DNA from: a virus
Taxonomy: Duplodnaviria > Caudoviricetes
Reading direction: 5' to 3' (one strand)
IMG/VR virus record: IMGVR_UViG_3300011336_000389
Location: 1-39,970 of that record
Length of the DNA stretch: 39,970 nt
Of this stretch, positions 8,501 through 18,800 are shown in pieces. Under the pieces are notes generated by a model. The model saw only the letters and a list, made by a program, of their open reading frames with translations. It was not told the DNA's origin and searched no databases. Positions within the stretch are counted from its first letter, which is position 1, and each line of letters begins with the position of its first letter. Made by a program: the position numbers and the translations under genes.

Positions 8501-11500
8501 ATTGTTTATTGATGCGCCGTCATAGTTCAAATGCAAACTGAACTGGTTTGCGTTTTGCTTGTAGACGTAATAAAACGCGCCGCTTTGCAATGGAGCAACC
8601 GGAGTAGAGCTTACATATCGAACACGGTCGCCAGTAAGGAATGGGTGCGCTGTGTAGTTGATGACCTGGCTGCTTGGCCAGTCAGCAATAGTTTGAGGCA
8701 CCGTAATTTCAGCCCCGCTTGTGCCGCTAAAAGTAGTGGCCAATTGGAACTGATTTTGTGCTGAGTTTTGAATGTAGTAGGTTGTCCCAGAAACCAATGG
8801 GTCAATTGCCAGTCCACCGCTTGAGTTATAGAAGACGCTGTCTTTATCGTTGAGGCCGTGATTGGTTGCAGCAATGTAGTCACCAGTGGCCACAATGGTT
8901 TTGTCTAGCAAGTGGTTGTACACAGTAGCTACAGCATTTCCAAAGTCACCAAAGTCAACAGGCGTTGGATCAAGACGATACTGGAACGAAACGCGATGAT
9001 CGTTCACGCGAGTAATGCGATAAAACTCGGTCGATGCCATGCCGCTGATGTTGGTCGAGTTGTCGTAATACTGGACAACGTCACCAGTTTGGAAGCCATG
9101 GTTAGGGAACCAGATGCTATTTGCAGTTGGGTCTGGAGAAACCTTAATCATGATGGCTGCGTTTACAGCGCCGCCGTCAAGATCCATGGTTGCGCCGTTT
9201 ACTTGCTGAGTGAATGACACAACAAGACCGTTTGCAGATACAGTCTTTGGGTAAACAACCTGGCCGCTGCCTGGCGTATAGCTCATCAACATACCGCTGC
9301 TGCTGAACACCGTGATGTTGGTGAACGTGGTGTAGCAGGCCATCAAGTGCTGAGATCCGCCAGAAGTAATTCCTGGAATTGCATCGATGAACGTAACGGT
9401 GTCGGCAGCGCCATCGCAAGTAGAAGCACGGTAGCCACGCACAAAGCATGAGCGCACACTGTCATACGATGTACCGGCGGTTGTAAGGTCAACCTTTGTG
9501 GTTCCGCCTTCAGTCAACGTCAGGTAAATCTGGGTCGAGTTGACAACGCGCACATAGTACCAGCGGCTGTCAGTCAATCCACCAATTACACCGTTGCCTG
9601 GGCCTGCAAAATAAACGTATGGCTTGTTGTCAATCAGGCCGTGAGCCGTAGTGAATGTGATGATGTCTGTGCCTGCGTTCACAGCAATTGTGCTATTTGC
9701 TCCAATGCCGCCGACAAAGAAGAATGCCTCATCTGGCAACCAATTCATTGGGTTCACAGAACCAAGGTTCCAGCTTCCGGTTTCTCCGGTTGGCTGGTTT
9801 TTCAATGTTGGCTGTGTTTCATAGAAACTGTGGATAGTCGTGCCAACGCCACCGTAGTCTGTCATCTCGGCCAAGGTGCCGTTTGCAGGGTTGCGGTTAT
9901 AGCCAAACAAACGGAAGCGATTTGGATATGCGGCATTGCAAGCAGACAATTGATAGATGCCGTCATTGGTAATGCCAGTCGGTGTGCCGGTGCTGTTGAA
10001 CAATGCAACATCGCCATCAACCCAGCCGCCGCGAGGTAAGTAGAAGCTGTTGTGATCACCTTCGCTTTGCTTCTTCATAGGAATGAAGATGCCGGTAGTG
10101 GTGGTGGTGGTCAGGTCAAAGTTAGCGCCAGAAGCAGTGATCGAGAAATTTGCAGTGTTGGCGGTAAGGCCTTTCAAGTAATACGCATATGGCGTAGCCT
10201 GGCCTTCAAACTGAGCCTGCAATCCAGCGCTGGCACCAATCACATTGAAGTTAGCCAGAGTTGTGTACATAACCAGGTACGGAGTATCTGCTGGGTATGA
10301 GGTGATGTTGCTGTCAAACGTGATGACATCGGTCGTGGTATTGATAGAGCTTGGTTTCAAGCCTGCTGCCAAACATGATTTCATCATGCCAGCGTTGATG
10401 CCTTGGCCAGTCAAGTCAACGCGACTAATCGAGGTTGGGCCACCAGATGTCAGGTAGATTTTCTTTGGGTCTGCGGTTGTGCGAACCCAGTATGCCTGCT
10501 CTGCAATGCCGCCAGGGTTGGTGTTGCCTTGGCCAAGCAGCCACATGACCGGTTCGCCATCAGTAAATGGATGGTTCGTTGTGAACTCAAGCTCATCACT
10601 GACAGTGTTGAAGTTAACGGTCGCATCAGCGTCACCGCCGATGATCATGAACATACCCTTTTTGGGTGTCCAGTTGTAAGGCTGCACAGCACCAATAGCC
10701 CACTCGCTGGCATCGGCTGGGTGAGTATCTGTAAGAGCCGTGACTGTCTCTTGCTTTTTGCGCGTGTTGCGCGTGACGGCATTGGCAGCATTGAACGAAA
10801 TGTTTTTGCTACCAACACTGTTGCTCAAGAAAAAGCTGGTGCCGGTTGTAAAGTTGGTTGGGGTCTTTGTGGTGACCGTCAAGTCAGATGGGATTGCGCC
10901 GTTGGTTGTGACTGCGTTCAAGTCAGTCAATTGGAATTCTGTTCCCTGGTAAACACTGGCCACAAACACCTGGCTATAGGTGTCAAGAATAGATCCAGTG
11001 GCATTCTGAGTTGACTTTGCTCGGTACTGAAATGTCGTTGTGGTGGGGATAGAGGTAACAACAAACGCGCCGTTTGCAGACACGCTGTTTGTGCCTTGCA
11101 CAATGATCGGGTTGCCAACAGAAAGGCCGTGGCTTTGCTCTGTAGTGACGGCAATGGCTTGACTGCCATTGGTTCGCGTGATTGCGATAACGTCCAAATC
11201 AGCATCGCCATTTCGGCTGTAGAACGTAGGAATATTTTTGACCAGCTCCAGCGTTTCCCACTTGGTCGATTGCAGGCCGTATTCAAAGTCGGTGTCGATC
11301 AAGTTTTCTGGCGTTGAAACACGCAGCTTGGAAACAGGATCGGTAAACGTAGCATCAGGCACCATTGCTGCCGAATCAGATTCAATAAAGATCTGAAGTT
11401 CATCGGTGTTTGCCATGGTCGATGTGGCAATTGTCAGAACCAGTGTGGTGGTTTCTGCATCAACATCGATGGAGTATGAAGTCAGGCCCAGGTCTACGTT

Positions 11501-11635
11501 GTTGAACAAGTACATGACCACGTTGCGGGTCACGTTAGAGATCATCAGCAAGCGCTCACGGCCATGAATGCCATCGAGGACGATGGTCTTCGTAGCCTTG
11601 TTGAACGTATATTTGTGAAGAAGTTTCTTGCTCAT
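5519..11635 (-). CDS. Giant repeat-containing tail fibre / receptor-binding structural protein
   Basis: 2038 aa, rich in T/G/N/S, with about ten H(G/P/Y)(L/F)xxG..V.Y modules; directly follows the fibre adaptor; GGAGG RBS. Confidence 0.7.
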   Translation of the reverse strand: MSKKLLHKYTFNKATKTIVLDGIHGRERLLMISNVTRNVVMYLFNNVDLGLTSYSIDVDAETTTLVLTIATSTMANTDELQIFIESDSAAMVPDATFTDPVSKLRVSTPENLIDTDFEYGLQSTKWETLELVKNIPTFYSRNGDADLDVIAITRTNGSQAIAVTTEQSHGLSVGNPIIVQGTNSVSANGAFVVTSIPTTTTFQYRAKSTQNATGSILDTYSQVFVASVYQGTEFQLTDLNAVTTNGAIPSDLTVTTKTPTNFTTGTSFFLSNSVGSKNISFNAANAVTRNTRKKQETVTALTDTHPADASEWAIGAVQPYNWTPKKGMFMIIGGDADATVNFNTVSDELEFTTNHPFTDGEPVMWLLGQGNTNPGGIAEQAYWVRTTADPKKIYLTSGGPTSISRVDLTGQGINAGMMKSCLAAGLKPSSINTTTDVITFDSNITSYPADTPYLVMYTTLANFNVIGASAGLQAQFEGQATPYAYYLKGLTANTANFSITASGANFDLTTTTTTGIFIPMKKQSEGDHNSFYLPRGGWVDGDVALFNSTGTPTGITNDGIYQLSACNAAYPNRFRLFGYNRNPANGTLAEMTDYGGVGTTIHSFYETQPTLKNQPTGETGSWNLGSVNPMNWLPDEAFFFVGGIGANSTIAVNAGTDIITFTTAHGLIDNKPYVYFAGPGNGVIGGLTDSRWYYVRVVNSTQIYLTLTEGGTTKVDLTTAGTSYDSVRSCFVRGYRASTCDGAADTVTFIDAIPGITSGGSQHLMACYTTFTNITVFSSSGMLMSYTPGSGQVVYPKTVSANGLVVSFTQQVNGATMDLDGGAVNAAIMIKVSPDPTANSIWFPNHGFQTGDVVQYYDNSTNISGMASTEFYRITRVNDHRVSFQYRLDPTPVDFGDFGNAVATVYNHLLDKTIVATGDYIAATNHGLNDKDSVFYNSSGGLAIDPLVSGTTYYIQNSAQNQFQLATTFSGTSGAEITVPQTIADWPSSQVINYTAHPFLTGDRVRYVSSTPVAPLQSGAFYYVYKQNANQFSLHLNYDGASINNERTRIYWAYPYSGSGTFVKTTAVDLYKAGTGTQVFNATAIGSSDGVYQINSIVNDNQFTLGAPGQIPARVVNFSSLSSVWHEQDAIRIPDHYFVTGQAVTYGTSGTAVGGLVDSTTYYVIRVSRDWIRLATTFENATVNATYINLTSTGTGTHTLTTNSITGEVIGGGTISVDVGSSSVVGTSTNFTSFFNTGDAISFYKAPTTVAVTVTSIDTGTSILTTGVAHGLSTEMMIVMSAATAPAGTVNGQIYYVRNLSATTFALHNTAAAALANTGRVSITDAGDGVAPFRYTDLGVTYSNIVKAVTGSGSLTLLNASPAALIDSNFTVGTSLLMRADGFAIHRPYDGGVELIPSKNPDSRMIRQTRRYFRYQSGKGIQVSFAVNFSPSTQIDDYSASGTTATIKTRSAHRLAVGLTVLVRNAVTTDAVNYWNGEFVVASIIDDYTFTVTLLGTPTNGANGPTGIPEFNVHAWNNSALRCGLFDDQNGLFFEFDGQKIKACRRNATTQISGVSAVTFRSGLITGIGTKYSKQLNIGDSIVVKGQTYLVTKINSDTSMAVLPSYRGVSNTGVVITKVIDLKVNQEDWNLDKCDGTGPSGFYLRNNRIQMAYMDYSWYGAGKVRFGFKDQYGKVIYVHEFIHNNRLNEAYMRSGNVPARYEIENVGTPTYVPALAHWGTSVIMDGGFDPDNAYQFTASSQDVQLTGQNTVTVAANAETTDDYFIFFRNNWYNIGRALNVGTPSFLYNSIPNNVSITGANIQSYTRTRAPYYWFELPNQPYQVSLRTRRGNPNASNTEAVRNLILIDQVPTGQTATVSNYTATLSTTGQAVVYDIPLISIRLSPSVDTNTPGYLGEREIINRMQLILSSVGILSTHNCIITLRLNGLITNTDWKRVQNPSLSQLIYHNNKDLISGGIDIFNFRAQGGTGTTNRSAFVTTQLLPDISTLGNSILGGDNVFPDGPDVLTVVAKLSEDPSTVSSTNPFNVTGRISWTESQA

Positions 11636-11638
11636 CGT

Positions 11639-12763
11639 TTAGCCTCCAAGTGCGATTGCATATGCCACGGCGTATGGCGCGGATATGGTGATGTTTTCGT
11701 TGCCGCCAATATTTTGTCGGGTGATAAAAATGTCGGTGCCTGGAACAATCTTGTTGATCAGGTAGTCGGCAATCGTATCGGTCGCGGTAATCTTAATTGC
11801 TCCGCCGCCTGCTGCTGCTGCTGCTTGCGATGCGCTTAAAGCTGCTGCTGCCGCAGATCCTGATGCCGCTGACTGCGACCCTGCCGCCGCTGACTGCGAA
11901 GCTTGGGCTGCAAGCTTGGCTGTTTCTGCGTTGGCTGCTGCGGTTTCGGTAATTCCCTTGGCCGTCAGTGCATCGTTCTTTGCTGATACCGCAGTTGCTG
12001 AAGCAGCCTCGGCTGCAAGCTTGCTTGTGTTGGCCGCAGCCGCAGAAGCCGCCGCAGCGGTAGCACTGACACCGGCAGCAGCAGCATCAACCAAGAGCTG
12101 CCAATTGCCGATCTGCGCGTTTGCAGACAGAGGGGTGGTGCCGGTCGCAGTGTGTGCAACCATGCAAATATAGATGTTGAAGTTCGATGCATCTTTGACG
12201 ATGTCGCGCTGGACATAGCCGTTGCCAGGTGTCCAGTTTCCTTGGAATTGGCCAAGCTCCTGGGCAACCGTCAGCTCACCAGCAGAATCGAAGCCAAGCA
12301 CTTTGCTGGCGCGGTCTGCTGCGTTCTCGGTGAACTCTGTGTCGCCAATGACGTTGGTGGTCGAAAGCTTGATAGAGCGGTTTACAGCGTCCTGGAGCTG
12401 CTGAATTTGGATGATGTTTTTATCCAGGGCATCGTTGATCACTTCTGGATAGAAGCCGCCCTGGTTGGTCAGATCTGTTTCTTGCAGCGACAACACGTTT
12501 GAAGTGATGACCAGGTTATTGCCAGTGGTCAAGTTGCCGCCTACCAGCGTAATGCTTCCACCTGGATTGCTGTTTTGATCTGGGTTTAGAACCGCCGTGT
12601 AATCGGTGGTCAGCGCCAAGATAGTTTCAGTGCTGGTCGCTACTTGAAGGCGAACAACTTTTAGGTCGCTCTTCGTGAAGACCTTGAATGAAAATGGAAA
12701 GGTAGAGGCCGCGCCACTACCGATGTACGGGCCAGCTTTCCTTAGTGTAGAACTGATCGTCAT
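11639..12763 (-). CDS. Tail fibre / adaptor with T7 gp17-like N-terminal anchor
   Basis: FPFSFKVFTKSDLKV and QETDLTNQGGFYPEVINDALDK..IQIQQL match the podovirus fibre anchor; Ala-rich coiled coil; ends AYAIALGG. Confidence 0.85.
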   Translation of the reverse strand: MTISSTLRKAGPYIGSGAASTFPFSFKVFTKSDLKVVRLQVATSTETILALTTDYTAVLNPDQNSNPGGSITLVGGNLTTGNNLVITSNVLSLQETDLTNQGGFYPEVINDALDKNIIQIQQLQDAVNRSIKLSTTNVIGDTEFTENAADRASKVLGFDSAGELTVAQELGQFQGNWTPGNGYVQRDIVKDASNFNIYICMVAHTATGTTPLSANAQIGNWQLLVDAAAAGVSATAAAASAAAANTSKLAAEAASATAVSAKNDALTAKGITETAAANAETAKLAAQASQSAAAGSQSAASGSAAAAALSASQAAAAAGGGAIKITATDTIADYLINKIVPGTDIFITRQNIGGNENITISAPYAVAYAIALGG

Positions 12764-12790
12764 GAACGGCGCTCCTGGTATTTTGACTGT

Positions 12791-12823
12791 AGATTACAGG
12801 TCAGCATCATCGATACGGGTACC
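12791..12823 (-). promoter_or_regulatory. Putative late promoter, copy 4 (before fibre genes)
   Basis: GGTACCCGTATC (12823-12812), 15 nt, TAATCT (12796-12791); intergenic. Confidence 0.75.
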
Positions 12824-12827
12824 TTAC

Positions 12828-15800
12828 TCATTTCTTTTTGCTATCCTCACTGGCTTTTCCGGTGATCAACCCTCGGACGTAATCGGCCCCAGATGTTGGG
12901 TTTATCTTATCGTTGGCCACATCAACAGCGTAGCCAACAGGCTTGCCAACAATCATCAGTGGAACGCCGGTTGCAAGAGATATCAGCGTCAGCACATCTC
13001 GGACGTTTTTGCCGGTGACATTTTTCTCTGAGTTGACCACATTGATAGCGGCCTGGACAACGCCGACCGTTGAAGCTTCAAGCATTGAAACAGACGGGCT
13101 TGTTGACATCCGATCATCATATGGCTTGTCGTTGAGTGCATTGAAAGGCACCATGGCCGCAGTGCCAAATGGAACCAATGCGGTTGCGCCGCGAATTTGC
13201 GACATGAAGAACCATTCGGCAAACTCATCGATATAGCCATCATCGTCTTCATCATCCCACTGGCCACCAAGAGATCTGACAATTGCATCGGCCATCAGCA
13301 TCGGTAAGGCAAAGCCAAGCAGATACGTCATGAACAGTTTGCCCTTGTTCCCGCGCCAGCCAAGGTCTCGGAAGATCTTGGTGTACTCACTGGCGTTGAG
13401 GTTGGCCAACATATTGAAGTAGCCGCCAAACTGGATCAGGGTTTTGTAGAACGGCGAACCTACCTGGAAGGCGGCAATGTCTTCAGCGGCCAGGCTGTCT
13501 TGCGTCAAGCGCACCGTTGCATCTGCCCTGGCAACCGCCTCTTTTTGAGCCGCCGCATCTTTGACATCCGCGCCCAGCTCGGCCAGGGTCTGGTTGTATG
13601 TGGCCGTCCAGGTGGTCACATCGACCATGTTTTGGAATGCCTGCTGCAAGAAGTAGCCATGCTTGCCAGCCCAGCTTTGGATCTTGTCGTATCGGCTTGG
13701 GTTGAGCAGCAGCTCGTTCATGGTCTCTTGAAGATCAAAGACCTGGTTGTTCATGCGATCAGCCATGAATGGCGAAAGCTCTGCAACCTCATCCGCCACC
13801 TTGCTTGGTGCCTTTGTGTAGTCCCACAATGCGCTCTTGAGATAGGTGCCTTTGACCTGGGTCATTGCTGGGAACCAGCCAGTCAATTGCTGCATTGCGT
13901 TGGTGATGTTCGCAAACATGATTGCGATGCCGGTGCGGTTACGCACGCCGCTCCAGAACTTATCGACCGGCTTGAACATACCTTCAGTTGATGTCTGCTG
14001 GCGTGCCGCCCTGTTCAGCCATGGCAAGATCATGTGTTCAATGGCACCAGGATCAATGCGGTCGAGATTGTTTTGGAATGATTTATCGCGAACAATTTTT
14101 AGAACATCTTTGATCACCGGCTGGATGTATGCAAATCGAAGCACGCTATCGATGTGCGTTGTCATCTTGCGGATATCAAGCTCAAGCGGTTTGTTGTACT
14201 CGACACGGCCTTTGGTAAACCCCATGCCAGTGGTCGGCATAGACTGGCGGAAGTCGCCTTCCAGGTCTTCCATTTTTGCGTTTCGCGCTGCATCGCCTGA
14301 CATCATTGGGTCGATCTTGGCAGGCACATACCCGCCTTTGTACGCGCCAAATGCTGTTTGAATGCCTGTGTATTTGACCTCGTTGAAGTAGTAGCCAAAG
14401 ATGTCCTTGTGCGCCTTCTGCGCCAGCGGTTTCATCTCTTCTGTCAGATCCCAGACAGCTTGCACAAAGTCCATATCGGCCTTCGTGATGTTGCCCTCAT
14501 CGACCATGCGTTGCACAAAGGCATCCCATCGTGATGTGTTGAGCGCTCCTGTGGCCTCATCAATAGATCCCCAGCCACGGCCAAGCAGCAGCTTGCGGAA
14601 GTTGCTTTCGTTGCCGGTGTGCAGCAATGCGCCCAGCAGCTCGGCTTTGCCAATGCCGCCGTTTGCAGAGCCAAACGTGTAGCCGAACTCTGTGGCCACA
14701 ATTTTCTTTACCGGCAAATTAAGCTTGGATATCAGATCTGCATATTGCCGGACGAATATATTGCGCTGGCTGCGGTACTCTGTGATTGCATCACGCACCG
14801 GTCTCCAGATGTACTTTGTAAACGCGCCTGGGCCTTTGGGGCCATCGGTCGCATTTGCCCAATGCTCAACACGGCGCAGCAATGCTTTGCCTGTATTGAA
14901 CGCCCTGGCCGCACGCTGTGATTTTGAAAGCGCTTCTAGTTCACCTGGCATTGTCGATGGCACACCGATTTCTTCCAGGCGAGTGTTCAGCTCACCGACA
15001 ACCTCTTCAAGCTCGACAGCCTTGCCATCGATCATCAGCATTCTTTCGCGCTTGGCCTGGTGCCACAAGGCATCGATCATGTCGCGAATGCTTCGGAACT
15101 CATTTAACGTCAGCTCCTTGAACGGTTTGCCACCGGAAGATGCATTGATGATGATCGGCTCAAGCTCGGCGTAAAGCGCTGGGTCATAGGCCCTGATTTT
15201 TTCAATGTACTCGGCTGGCGGTACGTCAGCCTTGCCGATGCCATAAGCTGCCAGGATAGACCTGGCTGCATTGACCAGATCCATGTTCCTGGTTTTGGAA
15301 ATAGTCTTGTCTGCTTTGAACAGCTTATTGAAAAACTCCAATGCTTTGGAGATCTCCTGGCGTGCTTCCATGGCAGATTTGGCCAACTGGTTTTGCACCA
15401 ATTGCGATTGCTTCTGGCGCTGGGCTTCCGGCATATCACCTTTGCGAGATGCTTGAGCTGAAAGCTTTGCTGCCCGTGCTTCAGCCTGCGCGTATTCATG
15501 CGGCTTGATCATGCTGATCTGCTTGTCTTGCAGCAATTGCTCCGCGATCTGTTTGGCCGCTGCCGTCATCACCCTGACGGGGCTGGTAGCCTTGGCCAAG
15601 AAACGCAGCTCTACAGCCACAAACCTAGCCCGTGCCTCGTTGTGTACCGCCTCTTCGACACGCGCCTGCAATGCGGTTGCATCGACCATGTCGGAGTTTT
15701 CTTCCATCATCCTTTGATCGGTTCTGGCATCGATCTCATCTTTCATTGGCTTTGCATCCAACAGCGCATGAACCAATCGTTCTGCACTCTCGAACTCAAA

Positions 15801-18800
15801 CATGGTTGCGACCAGCTCGGCATCGAGGCCTTCTTTGGCCAGCATCCCGTATTTGCCATAACCAAGCTTTTCAACGTCAACATTGTTGAGGGCGTTTTTG
15901 CTTTGCGGGAACAGCGCCTTGACGCTCTCAATTGACAGCTTGAAACCTTCAAGCGCCTGCACTTCGTTGCCGTCTTGATCGGTTGTTTTGCCGGTCTTCA
16001 AAAATTGAATTGCGCGATATACCGGAAGGTTGGCCACCTCTTCGGAGACCTCGGTCTTGATACGCTTGCGCTCTTCGTTTGCTTCAGCCTGGAAAGCTTT
16101 CATCGCTTTGCTGCGTGCATTGCTCAACCATTTGACCTGGCGCACGCTTGCCTTCTGCAAATCGATCACAGCCTCGTTGTGGGCTTCTTCAACCATTTGC
16201 TGGTACGCCTGCCAGGTTGCATCATCCATACCGCTCTGCTGCTGCGTCTGGAACATTGGCACCATATTTCGGATGCCTTCGGCCTGGCTGATCTGCTCTT
16301 CGCTGGCAACCATGCGATCCATCACACTACGGATCTCATCGGTCAGGATTGGAAGATCTCTGCCGTTCTCTCTGCGATAAGCTTCATTTAGCTGGTCGCG
16401 GATGTTTAGGTAAACGTCTTTGAGCCAGCGGCTGAACGTGTTGAACAGCTTTTGCATCTTGGTGTTTGGGGCCTTGCCTTCGTAAAGGTAAAGCTCAAAG
16501 CTGTAGGCAAATTGCTCATGGTATTTGCGCTGCTCATCCAGGGACATCTTGTTCCAGGTCTCGATGCTGTCAACGCCAAACCATTCAAGCAGGGCTGCAA
16601 CATCATCAACGATTTCTTTGGGCGCGTTGGGTTGGCTGGCAATGTCTGCGTAGACGGTCAAAAAGAAGTGGCCGGTCTCATGCAGGAATGTCGAATAGTC
16701 TGCGTCCTTGTTTAGGATGGTCATCAGCCTGGTTGGGTCAAAGCCGCCACGCGCTGGCTGGTTAAGCATTCCGGCACCACGCTGCTGCGCTGCATCCATC
16801 GATGCCTGTTCACTTTGCTGGCGCAGTGTGTCTGGGGTTTGAAGCTCTGGCGACAGCTCTTGATTGCCAACGCGCCCATCTGTCCAGGTGAACTCAGGCA
16901 TGAGGCCTGTTTTCTGATCAGCAAAGATTGTGTCGGCCACTTTGGCCAATCGGTTCTTTTCGCCGTAAGGCCCAAAGTTGAGCCAGCTATTTTGGCCGCG
17001 AGTTTCGCTGGTAAGAGCGCCAATTGCGGAGCCGGTAAACAGGCGCACATGGGCTTGCCATGCATTCTCTTCGCCATCTGCGCGAAAGCCTGCGCCTTCC
17101 AAACCATGGCCAAACGCATCGTGTACAGCTCGGAATAGGTCATTGGCAAGCACACGCTTGGGTTGGCCATTGAACATCCAGGTCAGGCCGGTGTCGGCCA
17201 GCAGCGGGTTGTCTGCTACGTTCTGGTCAACAGCGCCAGCAGTGGCATCGGAACCAAAGCCAGCCTCGGTCGCGTACACACCCATGCGCTGGTTGGCGCG
17301 TAGGTCGCGCATGGCGTTCCACGGGTTACCGGCATAAGGGTCGTTGGTTTCATCAAAGAAGTAGAACTGGTACCCAGCAGCGATCAGCGCTTCATATTGC
17401 GCCATCGTCTGGGCCATCATGTTTTGGTATGCCTCGGCCACCGCAGGGTTCTGCGGGTCGTGCATCATTTCGTCATAGGCCTGGGCGATCCGCGCCGCCC
17501 TGGCTGGATCTATTCGGGCATATTCTGATTGCCGTCTAAGGTCGATGCCATTGGCTGCTGCATATTGCTCGGCGACACTGACAAGCCTTGGGTCTGGGCC
17601 TGTGGCATTACTGACAACCGGCGAGCCCTCAAGCGGCGCAAGGCTTCCGCCTGAGTAGCTTCCGCTTCGGTTTCCTGCTTGGAGTAAAAGTCCTCGATCT
17701 CCTGATCCTGATCCTGTTGTGCTGACTGCGGCAACACCGGTTGCGAGTTGGCTTCTGGTAAGTTCATTGTCTACCTCCTTCAAGGTTTGGGTAATAAGTT
17801 CTGAGGCAACACCTTTGTCTTTAGCCAGCGCAACCGCAGCGTTGGCGTAGTCCGGTGCCGCATCATCTTCATACCCAGTATCCGCATCTTCATCCTGCGT
17901 TTTTGCAGCGTCATACAGCCGCTTTTCTGGGTACCAAAGCAGCGCTTGCAAGTCTGACATTGTAAGGTTTGGGCGCTCTTGTTGCAATAGGCTCAACGCC
18001 TGCTGAAACACCCCGCGAATGCGTGCGCGTTCTGGTGGGCCGGATGGGGCTTCCTTCTGGCCATCAAGGTATTTGGTTAAGGCATTGCCTGCCTTACGCA
18101 TCTCATCGCCAAAGCCAATCCTTACCTGGTCTTTTTTGGGCGCACCAAGCAGCTCAATCAGTGCAACATGGCCATCGGCATCAGCCACACCGATTGCATT
18201 CATCAGCTTGCGATTTGCTGGCTTCATGCTGGCCTTTGTAATGGCCAGGGCAACAGCATCGATCTTGCCAACAGAAAGCTTCACCTTCAAGATTTTCTCG
18301 TAGGCTCTCTTGTCTGCCGGTGTCATCATCTTGATCAGGGCTTTGAGCTGATCTCGCTTGATCTTTACCTGGGCCGGTTTGCTTTCGACCAGGGTGCCAG
18401 TCCAGCGGCCCCAGGTACGCATTAACCAGCGATCCATAGTGAGCTGTTCAAAGTGGCCATACAGGTTCGCAAAGAACCCGTTGCCGATCTTTGGCCCAAT
18501 TGCCGCCGCGCCATAAACCATGGTCGTTGCGTTCTCTCCTGAGACCTTGAAGCCGGTATATGCCTCGACCTCTTTGGCCGTGTGCATGGTAGTCATGAAC
18601 TGCTCGACCGCCTGGATGCCATCACGGGCCACCAAGTCGTTGAACAATTGCATGGCGTTGTTGATCGCGATCTGAGCGGTACCGGCCTGGATGTCGGTCG
18701 GCATCACGCCGTTTTGTTTGTAATAGCTGTACGCACCTTCTGCATATTGGAAGTTGGCGTTGACCTTCAAACCGTTGGATGTAGCAGCCAGCGCCCAGGT

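Noticed and set aside
11800-12090. GCT/GCC-rich repetitive DNA
   Set aside because: Explained by the Ala-rich coiled coil of the fibre adaptor.
5519-12763. Diversity-generating retroelement, expected by analogy with BPP-1
   Set aside because: No reverse transcriptase or Avd ORF is present, and I saw no TR/VR-like duplicated ~100-bp segment at a fibre 3' end.
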